A stretch of 64,000 nt of DNA from Candidatus Xenobia bacterium (GCA_045863235.1 BTUM01000001.1:1-64000), one strand, 5' to 3'. Positions 28,989 through 39,788 are shown, counted from the stretch's first letter. Notes: generated by a model from the letters alone, not told the origin. Numbers and translations are program-made.

Positions 28989-30277
28989 GCGGCGAACGTC
29001 GCCCGCGCCAGCGGGCCGCCCCCCCTCCGCTCTGTTGGGTTGGGCCCGGGGGTCTGAGGTTGATCCTGCGTGAGGATCATGCATCGCCCGTCACGGCCAT
29101 CACGGCCAGTTTTCTGGGAGGAACCCGGTTTGAGACGCCTTCCCGTCAGGGTCTTTCCTACTTTACCCAGCGTCTGTCAGCCCGCGGCACCCTCTCGCGC
29201 AGCTCGGAGGAGGTGGCCGAGGCCTTCGAGTTTGTGGGCGCGGCATTCTCGCCGTTCGCGGCCAAGGACCTGTTCGGCGCCAGCCTGACCCTTTTATCGC
29301 GTCATTTCGAGACCGGCTTGCGGCTTCTGGTCGAGTGCCTCCGCTGGCCGGCGTTCGAGCCGGACGAGCTCGAGCGCGAGCGGCGCAACCTCCTGCTCGA
29401 GTTGAGCCGGCGGCCCGAGGACACGCTGGCCTGGTCGATGGAGCTGGCCGAGGCTTTACTTTATCGTCGTCATCCGTACCGTTTTCCGGTTCGGGGCGGC
29501 CGCTCTAGCGCGGAGCGTTGGACTCGGGCTGATCTGGTGGCCTGGCATCGGCGGACCTTCACTCCTGACCGGTTGGTCATCTCTGTCGTGGGGGATCAGC
29601 GGCCCGAGCGGGTGCGCCAGCTGGTGGACGAGGTCTTCGCCGGCTTCGAGCCTTCGGGCTGGTGTCCCTCGAGCGGCGTGCTGGAGGCTCCCCCCTTGAC
29701 GCGTCGCGTGCGAACCGAGCGACGCGAGAAGCGGCAGGCGGCGGTCGTGCTGGCCTTCCTGGCTCCGCGCTTCGGGACCGAGGAGGCGGACGCCTTCGAA
29801 GTTCTGCATCACATCCTGGCCGGGATGGGTTCGCGCCTCTTCGTTGAGCTGCGCGACCGCCAGGGCCTGGGCTACGTGGTCAACTGCAACCTGGATGCGC
29901 GCTTTGACTCGGGCTGCTTCAAGGTCTACGCACTGGTTCCATCGGCGCAGGCCTCAAGGGCACGCCAGGCACTGCTCGAGCAGTTGGAGCGGCTGCGCCA
30001 TGAGCCGGTTTCCTCTGCAGAGCTGCTGCGCGCCAAGAAGTACATGCTGGGTCTGTTTGAGATTTCCCAACAACGGAAGTCGACCCAGGCCTTCCGGTTG
30101 GCCATGTGCGAACTCTTGGGGGCGGGTTTTGCGGCTGTGGAAGACTATCCGCGCCGCATCCGCTCGGTGACTGCCGAGCGGGTCATGCTCGTAGCTCAAC
30201 GCTACCTGGATACTCAGAACTATTGTTGCGCTCAGGTGCTAGGTGCCCGGGAAACGGCGCGGGTTCTCACGCCCTGA
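28985..30277 (+). CDS. M16 family peptidase, non-catalytic partner subunit
   Basis: M16 fold motifs (GLSYFTQRL replacing HXXEH, SRLFVELRDRQGLGY); GTGA overlap with the partner gene. Confidence 0.88.
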   Translation: MSGERRPRQRAAPPPLCWVGPGGLRLILREDHASPVTAITASFLGGTRFETPSRQGLSYFTQRLSARGTLSRSSEEVAEAFEFVGAAFSPFAAKDLFGASLTLLSRHFETGLRLLVECLRWPAFEPDELERERRNLLLELSRRPEDTLAWSMELAEALLYRRHPYRFPVRGGRSSAERWTRADLVAWHRRTFTPDRLVISVVGDQRPERVRQLVDEVFAGFEPSGWCPSSGVLEAPPLTRRVRTERREKRQAAVVLAFLAPRFGTEEADAFEVLHHILAGMGSRLFVELRDRQGLGYVVNCNLDARFDSGCFKVYALVPSAQASRARQALLEQLERLRHEPVSSAELLRAKKYMLGLFEISQQRKSTQAFRLAMCELLGAGFAAVEDYPRRIRSVTAERVMLVAQRYLDTQNYCCAQVLGARETARVLTP

Positions 30278-31042
30278 TTCCTTCACGGTGATCTGGTTGC
30301 CGCGTCGTTCCAGCCATTGGACGCGCTCGCCAACCGCCGTTTCGATCATGGTGTGTTGCTCGGCCCATTCCAGCCGCTGGTAGCCGGTGCGGCCTTGCTG
30401 CCAGACGAAGCTCAGTCCCGTTCGTGTGGGGGACTCCACCCAGCCTTCCTCAACAGGCAGCGCTGGGACGGCACCGGCCAGTCGCGGGTCGCTTAGCCCG
30501 ATCAGCGGGGCGGTCAGGCCGAGCTCGCGCAAACCTTCGATCAACTCGGGTTTGACCCGGGCCTCGGCAGCCAGGATCTCCTGGGAGACTTGCTCGGCCT
30601 TGCGGTCAGAGCGCGACTTGTCCGGTTTGCCCAGTGAGGTGGCCTGCAGGCCTGCGGGTGTGCTCAACACCGATAGGCCGAGAATCGGCTGAGGGCCTCG
30701 CCATCCAGCGCCGGATTTTTCGGCTTCGTCCTTCTCCTTGTCCTTGATCTGGGATTGCACGTCGCGCTTCTCGGCTTCGGTGGTCTGGGCCAGTGAGGCC
30801 GCCAGGGCCTCGCTGGCGGTGCGTTCGAAGCTCTGGGCCTGCTCTTGCTCCAAGAGCTCATCGTAGCACTGCTCTTCGTCCTTATTCACCTGTTTGGCCA
30901 GCAGGTTGCGAAAGCCTTCGGGGTCGGTCTCACGAGAGGCCTTGCTGCCCGTTCGGCCGGCATCGCCGATGAACTGGGAACGGTCGACCAGAGCGCGCAG
31001 CTGGTGGGAAGGCGGCGGATTCCCGGCCTGCGGATCGTTCAT
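30239..31042 (-). CDS. Hypothetical protein
   Basis: 267-aa ORF, ATGA-coupled to the upstream permease gene. Confidence 0.65.
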   Translation of the reverse strand: MNDPQAGNPPPSHQLRALVDRSQFIGDAGRTGSKASRETDPEGFRNLLAKQVNKDEEQCYDELLEQEQAQSFERTASEALAASLAQTTEAEKRDVQSQIKDKEKDEAEKSGAGWRGPQPILGLSVLSTPAGLQATSLGKPDKSRSDRKAEQVSQEILAAEARVKPELIEGLRELGLTAPLIGLSDPRLAGAVPALPVEEGWVESPTRTGLSFVWQQGRTGYQRLEWAEQHTMIETAVGERVQWLERRGNQITVKESGRENPRRFPGT

Positions 31043-32064
31043 CCGTGGAGCTGGCGCAGTCTCCCCAGCGTCAGCCGGAACAAAAGAATGGCCAGGCCCA
31101 GGTAGACCAAACTGGCGGGCAGCAAGTGATGGCGCGCCCGTCGATGGGTTTCCTCGCCGTCGAAGTTGGCTTTGAGCTGTTGCAGGTTGGTGTCGAGACC
31201 ACCTTCCCGCACGCGCGCCTCGTCTACCAGATCGGGAACCAGATGGTTGGCGGGCACGTCAGCCCCCAGACTGTAGACGCAGCGCAGCGGGTTGAAAGCC
31301 CCCAACTCGAAGTTGTAGAGGGCGCCCTGAGAGAGGCTCAACAGCAGAGGGAGCGAGACCACGACCACCAGGGCGTAGATCAGCCCTCGATAGGACTGCT
31401 GGCCGGGACGCGAGGGAGACATCAGGAACATCCACACCACAGAGCCCACCAGTAGGAAGGGCCAGGTGAGCAAGCTTTCGAGCAAAAGCGTGCCCACCAA
31501 CAGCATCATGACGACGAGCTTGGCGTTATTGGCGGCTCGCTCGGGCTCGGGTAACTGGCTGCCCAACCACAGGCCGAGGCAACCGAAGAGGAGCGACACG
31601 GCCACCAGGAAGCCATCCACGGCCAGCACCGTCCAGAGCGAAATGCCTTCGGCCCAGACGTAGAATCCGAAGAAGAGAGGTTGAACCGCCAGAATTTCCA
31701 CCCAGAGGGGTAGCAAGCAGGCCACAAGCTTGGCGCTGAGAGCTCGGGTCAAGGACAAAGGGGTGGACAAAAGCACGGGAACCGTGCCCTCGCGCATCTC
31801 GCAGGCCATGGAAACGGCCGGGTAAAGCGAGGAGCGCAGAGCAACCAGCCAGGTCTGCAAGAGAACCGAGAAGGAAAAGAAGGCGCGAACGTCCAGCCCA
31901 CTTTCCTGGCCACCTGCCCGCCAAAAAATAATTGGCGGCAGGTGAGTGAAGAGGAAGAACCACATGAGTCCGGGATAGGTCAAACCCCGCTTGAGGCGAC
32001 GACGGGCCTGGGCGGCCATTTCTTTCAAAAACAGGGGGTCGGACCAGAGCGCCCGCGATTTCAC
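31039..32064 (-). CDS. ABC-2-type permease-like membrane protein
   Basis: About 6-7 TM helices, E.REGT..LLSTPLS..SAKL motif; probable GTG start at 32064 downstream of TATAAT (32095-32090). Confidence 0.75.
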   Translation of the reverse strand: MKSRALWSDPLFLKEMAAQARRRLKRGLTYPGLMWFFLFTHLPPIIFWRAGGQESGLDVRAFFSFSVLLQTWLVALRSSLYPAVSMACEMREGTVPVLLSTPLSLTRALSAKLVACLLPLWVEILAVQPLFFGFYVWAEGISLWTVLAVDGFLVAVSLLFGCLGLWLGSQLPEPERAANNAKLVVMMLLVGTLLLESLLTWPFLLVGSVVWMFLMSPSRPGQQSYRGLIYALVVVVSLPLLLSLSQGALYNFELGAFNPLRCVYSLGADVPANHLVPDLVDEARVREGGLDTNLQQLKANFDGEETHRRARHHLLPASLVYLGLAILLFRLTLGRLRQLHG

Positions 32065-32129
32065 CAGACTCGATTCACCTCCACGCTTCATTATACCTAC
32101 TCGGGGGCTGTTTGTAAGTAGTTGTGGTA

Positions 32130-33155
32130 TCAAGAATTCTTTTCGCCTGCGCTGGGAAGCTCCCCTGGAGGAAAATCTTCAATTCTGGGAATGTAGAGCT
32201 CGCGGGTGGGAGCAGCGCGGGGCAGGGGCTCGGCTGGCTCATCCTCGGGACGAGACTGCCCGTCCCGGCCCTGGAGCAGCCATTCCTTAAAGCTGTCCTC
32301 GGGAACGTCGAGCAGACCATGGAAGTCTGGAGCACCAGCTGGCCGGATGTTGCCTGCCTTGAGCATGCCCAGCATGTCGGCCGTGGCTGGAAACCAGCGC
32401 TGCTTTCCCAGCCAGACGGCGGGAAACCGGACCAGGGCGTACGGCAGCGGAAAGAGGATGGCCTTATGTCCTCCGAGATCGCGCACCAGGCGCAGCAGCT
32501 CTTTGTAGCTGTAGACTTCGGCTCCGCACAGGTGGAAGGTCTTTCCAGCCACATCGGGATGAACCAGGCAGGCTCCGATGGCCAGGGCCACCTCACGGGC
32601 TGAAACCGGAGCCAGCTCGAAACCCGGGCCGGAGAAGTAAGGCACGGCTGGAGCCCAGCGGAAGAGGTTCTCAAGCGTTCCCAGGAAGCTTGGACGGTCG
32701 CTGGGGCCGCCGTAGATGACCGAGGGCCTCAGGATCACCGTTTCAAGCTCGCTGGCCCGCACGGCCACCTCGGCCTTTGCTTTGGAGACGAAATAGGCAT
32801 AGGGCAGACCCCGCTCGGCTCCGTTTGCGCTCATCTGCACGAAGCGGCGTACTTCGGCTTGCTGGCACGCGGTCAGCAGGTTGCGGGTGGCCTGGTAGTG
32901 GAGCTTGTCGAAGGTGACGCCTCGTTCGGGGTCTTCCCGCAGGACGCCCACCAGGTTGACGCAGGCCTGACAACCCTGGCTGGCAGGAAGCAAGGTGGCC
33001 GGGTCGAGCGCGTCCCCCTGGAACGGCTCAACGCCGGCCACCCGCAGTCGGCTCGGGTCGCGCACCAGTGCGCGAACCTCATGGCCCTGCTCGAGCAGGG
33101 TCTTGAGAACCGGCTCACCGACATAACCGGTTCCCCCTGTTACGAGAACTCGCAC
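32130..33155 (-). CDS. NAD(P)-dependent epimerase/dehydratase (NDUFA9-like SDR)
   Basis: VLVTGGTGYVG, NLVG, RFVQMSA, YFVSK, ILRPSVIYG. Confidence 0.9.
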   Translation of the reverse strand: MRVLVTGGTGYVGEPVLKTLLEQGHEVRALVRDPSRLRVAGVEPFQGDALDPATLLPASQGCQACVNLVGVLREDPERGVTFDKLHYQATRNLLTACQQAEVRRFVQMSANGAERGLPYAYFVSKAKAEVAVRASELETVILRPSVIYGGPSDRPSFLGTLENLFRWAPAVPYFSGPGFELAPVSAREVALAIGACLVHPDVAGKTFHLCGAEVYSYKELLRLVRDLGGHKAILFPLPYALVRFPAVWLGKQRWFPATADMLGMLKAGNIRPAGAPDFHGLLDVPEDSFKEWLLQGRDGQSRPEDEPAEPLPRAAPTRELYIPRIEDFPPGELPSAGEKNS

Positions 33156-33482
33156 TTAGAGGATGCGAATTCCATCCGAGGGCAATTGGTCCTGACCCTG
33201 CCCCTCGGTTTTCTCGGTCGGTTTCATTCGATGGCCCAGTCGCTCGAGCCCGCCCCTGACCTCGTGAGCCAGGCCAGAGGCCCGGTCGTGGAGGCGGCGG
33301 GCCTGGTCGCCGAGCTGCTCGCGTGTTTCGCTGCCGGCCTGGGGGGTCAGCAGGATGGCGGTGGCGGCCCCGACCAGTGTTCCCACCAGAAGGCCAAAGG
33401 TAAAGGCGCCCAGGGCATGACCCTGCGGCTGCTCCTCGGTCTGAGGTTCGATTTCAACCTGGGTTTCGGGTGTCTCTTGCAC
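33156..33482 (-). CDS. YtxH domain-containing protein
   Basis: FTFGLLVGTLVGAATAILLTPQAGSETR; SD AAAGGAG. Confidence 0.85.
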   Translation of the reverse strand: MQETPETQVEIEPQTEEQPQGHALGAFTFGLLVGTLVGAATAILLTPQAGSETREQLGDQARRLHDRASGLAHEVRGGLERLGHRMKPTEKTEGQGQDQLPSDGIRIL

Positions 33483-33615
33483 AGGAAACACACTCCTTTG
33501 TTTGACGAATCGGTCCAGTTTCACTTTACCAGCGGTGGCCTCCCCCCTTCAAGGTCCTCCGGAGGGATCGTTGCGAATGGCGCGAACGCGGGCCAAAAAC
33601 GCGCTCGAGGTTCGC

Positions 33616-35433
33616 ATGAGAAAGTCTTACGCCGGAATGGATCTGTCCGACAAGGAGGCCGATCCGCTTTACAAGCGTCGCCATTCGCTGGCCCACGTGC
33701 TGGCTCAGGCCATTCAGAATCTGGTCGAGGGCACTCATCTTGGATTTGGTCCTCCCGTCGAGAATGGTTTCTACTATGACTTTCAGTTGCCCCGCCCGGT
33801 CACGGTCGAGGATCTTCCGGCCATCGAGAAGGAAATGCGTCGCATTCTGGCTCAGGACCAGAAGTTTGAGCTGTTGGAGAAGGATCTGGAGACCGCCCTG
33901 GCTGATTTCGAGAAGCAGGGCGAGCACCTCAAGGCTGAGTATGCCCGCGAGCTGGTCTCAGGGGGAGAAACGCTGACCTTCTATCGCAACGGCCCCTTCG
34001 AGGACATGTGTGCCGGCCCTCATGTCGATTCGACCCGGTTCATCCCCACTGACTGCTTCTGTTTGGACTCGGTGGCCGGGGCCTATTGGCGAGGAGACGA
34101 GAAGCGCGAGATGCTGACCCGCATCTACGGGCTGTGCTTCAATACCAAGAAGGATCTCGAAGAGTTCAAGCGAGAGCGCGAGGAAGCCAAGAAATTCGAT
34201 CACCGCAAGCTGGGCAAGGAGCTCGAGCTGTTCATGATCGCTGACGAAGTGGGCGCCGGTTTGCCTCTGTGGCTACCGAACGGCACGGTGCTGCGCGACG
34301 AGTTGGAGGCCCTGGCTCGCGAGAAGGAGCACGACGGGGGTTACGTTCGGGTAGCCACCCCTCACGTCACCGATGGCAAGTTGTTCGAGACCTCAGGTCA
34401 CCTCGAGCACTACAAGGAGGCCATGTTCCCGGCCATGCCGGTGGAGGAGCGTGACTTCTATCTCAAGCCCATGAACTGCCCATTCCATCATCTCATCTTC
34501 GGTGTGAGGCCGCGCTCGTACCGCGAGCTTCCTTTGCGATTGGCCGAATATGGCCAGGTCTATCGCTATGAGCCCTCGGGGGCGCTGGCTGGACTCTTGC
34601 GGGTGCGCGGCATGTGCATGAACGACGCCCACATCTACTGCACTCCCGAGCAGCTCGAAGACGAGTTCCGGGCCGTGCTCGAGCTGCATCGGGACTACTA
34701 CGAGATGTTCCGCATCACCAAGTACTGGATGCGCCTGTCGGTGCACGACCCGGCCAACACCGAGAAGTACGTTGACAATCCCGAAGCCTGGAAGAGCTCC
34801 GAGCAAATCATCCAGCGCATTCTGGACAACCTGGGCATCGAGTATCAGGTGGGCTTTGGGGAGGCTGCCTTCTACGGACCCAAGGTTGATTTTCAGATCC
34901 GCAACGTGGTCGGTCGCGAGGAGACCGCCTCAACCAATCAGCTCGATTTTGCCGTACCCGAGCGGTTCAAGTTGACTTACATCGGTCCCGATGGTGCTCA
35001 GCACACTCCCTACTGCATCCATCGTGCTCCGCTCGGCACTCACGAGCGCTTCCTGGCCTTCCTGATGGAGCATTTCAAGGGCGCCTTCCCCACCTGGATG
35101 GCTCCCCTGCAGGTACGCGTGATCCCGGTGCAGATGGAGAAATTCGGGGAGTACGGATCCCGGGTCGTGGCCGAATTGAAGAAACTGCGATTCCGGGTTG
35201 AGCTCGATGAGGGCTCAGACAGCTTCAACAAGAAGATCCGCACTGCCGCCACCGAGAAGATCCCCAACGTGCTGGTCGTTGGCGAGCGCGAGCAGGAGGC
35301 TACCGAAGTGACCTGGCGTCGCTACGCCGTCAAGGAGCAAAGAACCGTCCCGCTCAAAGAGTTCCTGGCCACCCTCGAGCGCATGCGCAGTCTGCGCCTG
35401 ATGGATAACTTTCCCGATGTCGAGTTGACGTGA
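33616..35433 (+). CDS. thrS: Threonine--tRNA ligase (short form lacking the TGS domain)
   Basis: RHSLAHVLAQA, GFYYDF, DMCAGPHV, GAYWRG, DHRKLG, LKPMNCPFH, GLLRVR, EAAFYGPK, IHRAPLGTHERF. Confidence 0.98.
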   Translation: MRKSYAGMDLSDKEADPLYKRRHSLAHVLAQAIQNLVEGTHLGFGPPVENGFYYDFQLPRPVTVEDLPAIEKEMRRILAQDQKFELLEKDLETALADFEKQGEHLKAEYARELVSGGETLTFYRNGPFEDMCAGPHVDSTRFIPTDCFCLDSVAGAYWRGDEKREMLTRIYGLCFNTKKDLEEFKREREEAKKFDHRKLGKELELFMIADEVGAGLPLWLPNGTVLRDELEALAREKEHDGGYVRVATPHVTDGKLFETSGHLEHYKEAMFPAMPVEERDFYLKPMNCPFHHLIFGVRPRSYRELPLRLAEYGQVYRYEPSGALAGLLRVRGMCMNDAHIYCTPEQLEDEFRAVLELHRDYYEMFRITKYWMRLSVHDPANTEKYVDNPEAWKSSEQIIQRILDNLGIEYQVGFGEAAFYGPKVDFQIRNVVGREETASTNQLDFAVPERFKLTYIGPDGAQHTPYCIHRAPLGTHERFLAFLMEHFKGAFPTWMAPLQVRVIPVQMEKFGEYGSRVVAELKKLRFRVELDEGSDSFNKKIRTAATEKIPNVLVVGEREQEATEVTWRRYAVKEQRTVPLKEFLATLERMRSLRLMDNFPDVELT

Positions 35434-38400
35434 CCGATTTTCTCGGGAGCCTGGTGCGCAAGCTGCGTGGCAAGAGCGCGCCCGAGACGCACGCCGAGCA
35501 ACCCGAGACGGTCTGGACCCGCGAATCGGTCTCCAAGGAGGCCCGCCTGCGGGTGGTCCCAGGCACGGAGCGAGTGGAGTTCTTCAGCCTGATCACGGGA
35601 GAGCGCCTGTTTGGCCTCCCAGCTCGCCTCACCGGGCCGCCGGTGAAGTCCACCGAGTCGGCCGACCGGGGCCAGAAACAAGTGGTCTTGAGTGTGCCCC
35701 TGCCCGGCAACCGGTCGGTTCGGGTCACCTTCCAGAGCCCCCCCGAGGTCGAGCCGGAGGAGGTGGAGACGGCTCGGGCCAGCCAGGCGCGCGTTCCGCC
35801 CGACTCGAGCATGGTGGAATTTCTGCTCACTCGCGAAGAGCACGAGTTCCGGTACGTGTTCGAGTTCCCCGACGGGCTGTCGGTGCAAGACTTCGAGCCG
35901 GTCCCCGACCGTCGACCGGTCTTCCGTACCGTGCCCCCCGTGGCTCAGATGGCTGCATTTCTGAGGGCCATGACCCAGCATCGTCGCAGTGCCCTGGCCT
36001 GTCTGGAGGACGTGGCCCGCACCTCGGGCTCTCCTCGGACCCGCGACCAGGTTGTCGTGCTGGCCGGACTCTATCCGCGCAGCCACGAGTTCAGCTGCGA
36101 GCGTCTCCGGGCTCTGGAGAAGCTGCTGCGCCGGAGCGGACGCATTGTTCATCCGGCCGTGCTGGCCGCCCTGGCTATCTTCGTCGAGCTCGAGCAAGAG
36201 CGCCTGAGCCCCGATAGCCTCGAGCCCGGAGGGCCGCTGGAGGTGTCGGCCCGATCCTGCTACCTGGTCGCTCGCCACTTCAACGTGGAGCCGAGCTCGA
36301 CGCTCTGGGAGGAGCTCTTCGGCGAGCCCCCCGAGGACGCGCCTGCTGAGGAGCTGCGCGAGGCGCTCAGAAAGAGCACCACCTCGCGCACTCATCTGGA
36401 CATCCTCAGCGACCTGGCCCGCGAGAGCAAGTCGCAGCGCGTGGCCGCCTTCGTCGACGCGGTGCGACGGCGCCTTCCCCTGGGCCAGTTTCAGGTCAAT
36501 GACGAGCAGGTGGCCCTGGGTGCCCTGCTGGCCTCCAGCGGCATTCCCGTGCACGGCAACACGCTGACGGCTCTCTGCTTGTTCGTGGACATCGAAGTGG
36601 GGGTACTGAGCCAGCTGGCTTTCGACCGACTGATCGAGAGCGGGGACCGGGTGGATACGTCGATGTACGCGATGGTGGCCGTGGCCGGCGCCTTTGATCT
36701 GGGCTTGCGGGGTTTCTCCCTCGAGCAGGCCACCGAGGACGGTCTCAAGAGTCTGTTGCAGCTGGCCGGAGGCCGATTGATGGCCCGCTTCGTGAAGGCC
36801 GGGCAGGAGGGATTCTGGTGGGAGTATCTCGGGTCGGCCGCAGAAGTGACCCGCCCGGCCCGCGAGGGTCTGACCTTTACCGGTCACGTGCTGGGGCGCT
36901 TTGCGGTCATCGATCAGCTCAACGAGCGCGATCTCGAGGTTTTTAACCGGGCCGGCCGTCCCATGATGGCCTGCTTCTCGGCGGACTATGATCGCACCAT
37001 CTTGTGGAAGAAGCTGGGGGACGAGGAGCCGTCCGAGCAGGGGAAGTTTACCTTCATCAAGGGCTTCACCGCCTTTAGCTTCAACCGAATGGTGATGGCC
37101 GGGCTGGAGAGCGGCCGCCCCCGCGGCCCGGTTGTGATCGGCGAGCTGGATGCCCGGGGAAACTACAGCTACCGGTTTCTCGAGGATCCAGCCGAGCTGC
37201 CCGAGGGCTGGAATGGGAAACTGGTCGCCTTTCCCGAGGTGGATCGACTGCCCGAGCTGATGTATGAGCTGGGTCAGGATCCATTGCTGGGCCGCAGCGA
37301 GGCTCTGCTCGAGGAGGCCCGTACGTTGGAGCAGGTCCACTCGTCCGTGGGCCGGATTCTGTCGGCGCGGCCAGCTTATCTTTCGCTCATCGAGCAGCCT
37401 GAGCTGCTGGCCAGTCTGCAGCAGCTGGCTCGTTCGCCGGCTCTGGCCAGCGCGACCTCGGTGGTGCTCGACGGACCCACCCGCGAGGGTCTGGTGGATC
37501 TTTTGAGCCGTCCTCAGGGACTCAAGCTGGAAGTCTATGAGCCGCTGGCGCGAGCGGTGGACACTCCCGAGGAGCTGGAGTTCCTGACGCTGCACGTTCT
37601 GTTTGCCCTGGCAGTCTCCGAGGAGGTGCAACTGGAGCGGCGCTTCAAGCAATATGATGAGGCGCGCTTTCGACAGCTCCTGCGCACCCGGCTGCACGGT
37701 CTACTGGATTCGCCCCAGTCCCACACCCGAGCGCTGGCGGTTCGCTTGATGGCGACCGCTGAGGAGATTCGCGACCGAAATGATCGGCTCATCGCGCAGT
37801 ACGAACTCAGTCGCGCTCGTCAGGACAGCGATCCCGAGGTCGTGCTGGGCGCCTCCGAGGCTCTGGGTCGGTTGGCCCTGGAGCAGGTCATGCCCCTGCC
37901 CGAGATCGCCAGCGTGTCTTTGAGCAAGGCGACGCCCGCAGAGCCTGTGGAGACCGTGGAGCCACCCTCCGACCAGGAATTGCACGAGATGAAGTCGGAA
38001 ATCCGGGCCTGGCTGGTGGAGCGCGCTGGCCTCTCCGAACAGGACAAACGCCGCTCCCAGCGCGAGCTGGCGCGCAAGTCCCTGGGCTCGGACGGGCAGC
38101 CGGAAGAGGAGGCGGTGGAGCGCCTGGCTGAGTTCCTGGTGGCCCTCAATCGGGCGGTGGGCACCGAGGGCCACTGCTATTTCTGCATGCTCAGGGCCAA
38201 CCGGGTGGGTCCCATTCGGGCCGCGGTCTTCGACAGCTGGCGGGTGTTCGCGCTCTCCAAAGGCTCTCGCCTCAGTGAACTGGTCTTCAGCACGCCAGCC
38301 CTGGAGCTGCGCATGGAGTATCAGGACTTCTTGGAGGTTCACGGGGCTGAGCTGTCCGAGAAGTTTGGCGGGGAAGCGCCCTTTCTGGGAGGGCCTGCAG

Positions 38401-38972
38401 GACCCATCACAGTCTATCATCTCAATCCCGGAGAGCGTTTCGGAACGTGGAGGCGGCGTGAGTCTTCCTTCGTGGAAGAGCGCCGCGAGGAGTCACCCTT
38501 CTTTCTCAGCCTGCTCGAGCGACTCGAGGAGATGCCCAGGATTTTGCAGGTGGAGCGCGCGGGCGGGGTGCCCTTGAGCGAGCTCGAGAGCCACCTCGCC
38601 TCCTTTACCACCGAGCGGATCATCGAGCCGTGGGAAGCTCGAATCCTGCAGCCTGGCCGCTTTCGCTTCGCCCCCTTTCTGCATCGCACCAGCCTGCGGC
38701 GAGATAAGTTGACCGACGAGGAGGACCTGGAAGACTTCGAGGCTCTGCTCCATCTCTTGCACGGTCACAGCCCTCGCCCTGCGGCCCCGGCTACCCCGGT
38801 CGAGGCCGCCTCCCCCTCCCGGGAGGCCCCTGCCGAGGAGTCTCCAGCCGCTCCCAGCTTCAAAGACCTGGCGGCATCGCTGGCGCAATACTTTGACCTG
38901 CCAAAGCCTTATCAAAAACAGGTGATCAACATCTTGCTCGATGTCGGGAGTCAGTCGATCTACGACCTTTAG
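35430..38972 (+). CDS. Large hypothetical protein (1180 aa) with HEAT-like repeats
   Basis: Uninterrupted ORF, GTGA-coupled to thrS; DSDPEVV..ASEALGRL HEAT-like segment. Confidence 0.75.
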   Translation: MTDFLGSLVRKLRGKSAPETHAEQPETVWTRESVSKEARLRVVPGTERVEFFSLITGERLFGLPARLTGPPVKSTESADRGQKQVVLSVPLPGNRSVRVTFQSPPEVEPEEVETARASQARVPPDSSMVEFLLTREEHEFRYVFEFPDGLSVQDFEPVPDRRPVFRTVPPVAQMAAFLRAMTQHRRSALACLEDVARTSGSPRTRDQVVVLAGLYPRSHEFSCERLRALEKLLRRSGRIVHPAVLAALAIFVELEQERLSPDSLEPGGPLEVSARSCYLVARHFNVEPSSTLWEELFGEPPEDAPAEELREALRKSTTSRTHLDILSDLARESKSQRVAAFVDAVRRRLPLGQFQVNDEQVALGALLASSGIPVHGNTLTALCLFVDIEVGVLSQLAFDRLIESGDRVDTSMYAMVAVAGAFDLGLRGFSLEQATEDGLKSLLQLAGGRLMARFVKAGQEGFWWEYLGSAAEVTRPAREGLTFTGHVLGRFAVIDQLNERDLEVFNRAGRPMMACFSADYDRTILWKKLGDEEPSEQGKFTFIKGFTAFSFNRMVMAGLESGRPRGPVVIGELDARGNYSYRFLEDPAELPEGWNGKLVAFPEVDRLPELMYELGQDPLLGRSEALLEEARTLEQVHSSVGRILSARPAYLSLIEQPELLASLQQLARSPALASATSVVLDGPTREGLVDLLSRPQGLKLEVYEPLARAVDTPEELEFLTLHVLFALAVSEEVQLERRFKQYDEARFRQLLRTRLHGLLDSPQSHTRALAVRLMATAEEIRDRNDRLIAQYELSRARQDSDPEVVLGASEALGRLALEQVMPLPEIASVSLSKATPAEPVETVEPPSDQELHEMKSEIRAWLVERAGLSEQDKRRSQRELARKSLGSDGQPEEEAVERLAEFLVALNRAVGTEGHCYFCMLRANRVGPIRAAVFDSWRVFALSKGSRLSELVFSTPALELRMEYQDFLEVHGAELSEKFGGEAPFLGGPAGPITVYHLNPGERFGTWRRRESSFVEERREESPFFLSLLERLEEMPRILQVERAGGVPLSELESHLASFTTERIIEPWEARILQPGRFRFAPFLHRTSLRRDKLTDEEDLEDFEALLHLLHGHSPRPAAPATPVEAASPSREAPAEESPAAPSFKDLAASLAQYFDLPKPYQKQVINILLDVGSQSIYDL

Positions 38973-39083
38973 GCTGACTGTCGAAGAAGTGGATTGCTCG
39001 GTCAGAAGGGCCCGGCCCCCCTCCCGAGGAAGGATTTTCTAACGACCCGGGCCGCGCCCGTGGAGTGAACAGGAGCTTCGGTT

Positions 39084-39785
39084 ATGCCGCATCTGGCCGC
39101 GATGATCAATTCCTCGGTGGGGAAGAAGTTTCTTCAGGCACTCACGGGCCTGGGGCTGTTTGCCTTCGTCATTGTGCACCTGATCGGCAATCTGACCCTG
39201 CTGCTCGGCCCCAGCGCCTTCAACGGCTATGCCTACTTTCTGGAAGAGCTGGGGCACGGCATGGTGGTTCCTCTGGCCGATTGCGGCCTGCTCCTCTTCT
39301 TTGGAGTGCACATCGTGACGGGCATTCGGGTGGCGCTGCTCGACAAGGGCAAGGCCCGCCCTCAGGGGTATCAAGTCGACGGCAACGCCGGCGGGAAGAG
39401 CCGCAAGTCGTTCTCGTCGATGAGCATGATCGTGACCGGGATTTTGCTGGCGATCTTTCTCCCCATCCACCTGTGGAACTTCAAGTACGCCGCCACCACC
39501 GGCTACGGTCCCCCCGAGCACCAGATGCGAGATCTCTATCTGGTGGTTGAGAATCTCTTCTCCCAACCGGTCTGGGTGGTCTTCTATGTGGTGGTGATGG
39601 TCGCCCTCGGCTTTCATCTCTGGCACGGGGTGTGGAGTGCTTTCCAGTCGCTGGGTCTCACCCATCCTCGCTGGCTGCCCTTCCTGAATCTGATCGGGTG
39701 GGGATTTGCGTTCTTGCTCGCGGTCGGGTTCATCTACCTGCCCGTGGCCATGTACTTCAACTACGTGCCCCTGACTGGAGGATAA
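39084..39785 (+). CDS. sdhC: Succinate dehydrogenase cytochrome b subunit
   Basis: SSVGKK..ALTGL..F..VHL.GNL, HL.HG.WSAFQSLG; 5 TM helices. Confidence 0.93.
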   Translation: MPHLAAMINSSVGKKFLQALTGLGLFAFVIVHLIGNLTLLLGPSAFNGYAYFLEELGHGMVVPLADCGLLLFFGVHIVTGIRVALLDKGKARPQGYQVDGNAGGKSRKSFSSMSMIVTGILLAIFLPIHLWNFKYAATTGYGPPEHQMRDLYLVVENLFSQPVWVVFYVVVMVALGFHLWHGVWSAFQSLGLTHPRWLPFLNLIGWGFAFLLAVGFIYLPVAMYFNYVPLTGG

Positions 39786-39788
39786 CGC

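Noticed and set aside
33483..33615. T-box leader for thrS
   Set aside because: Gap too short and no T-box motif or terminator visible
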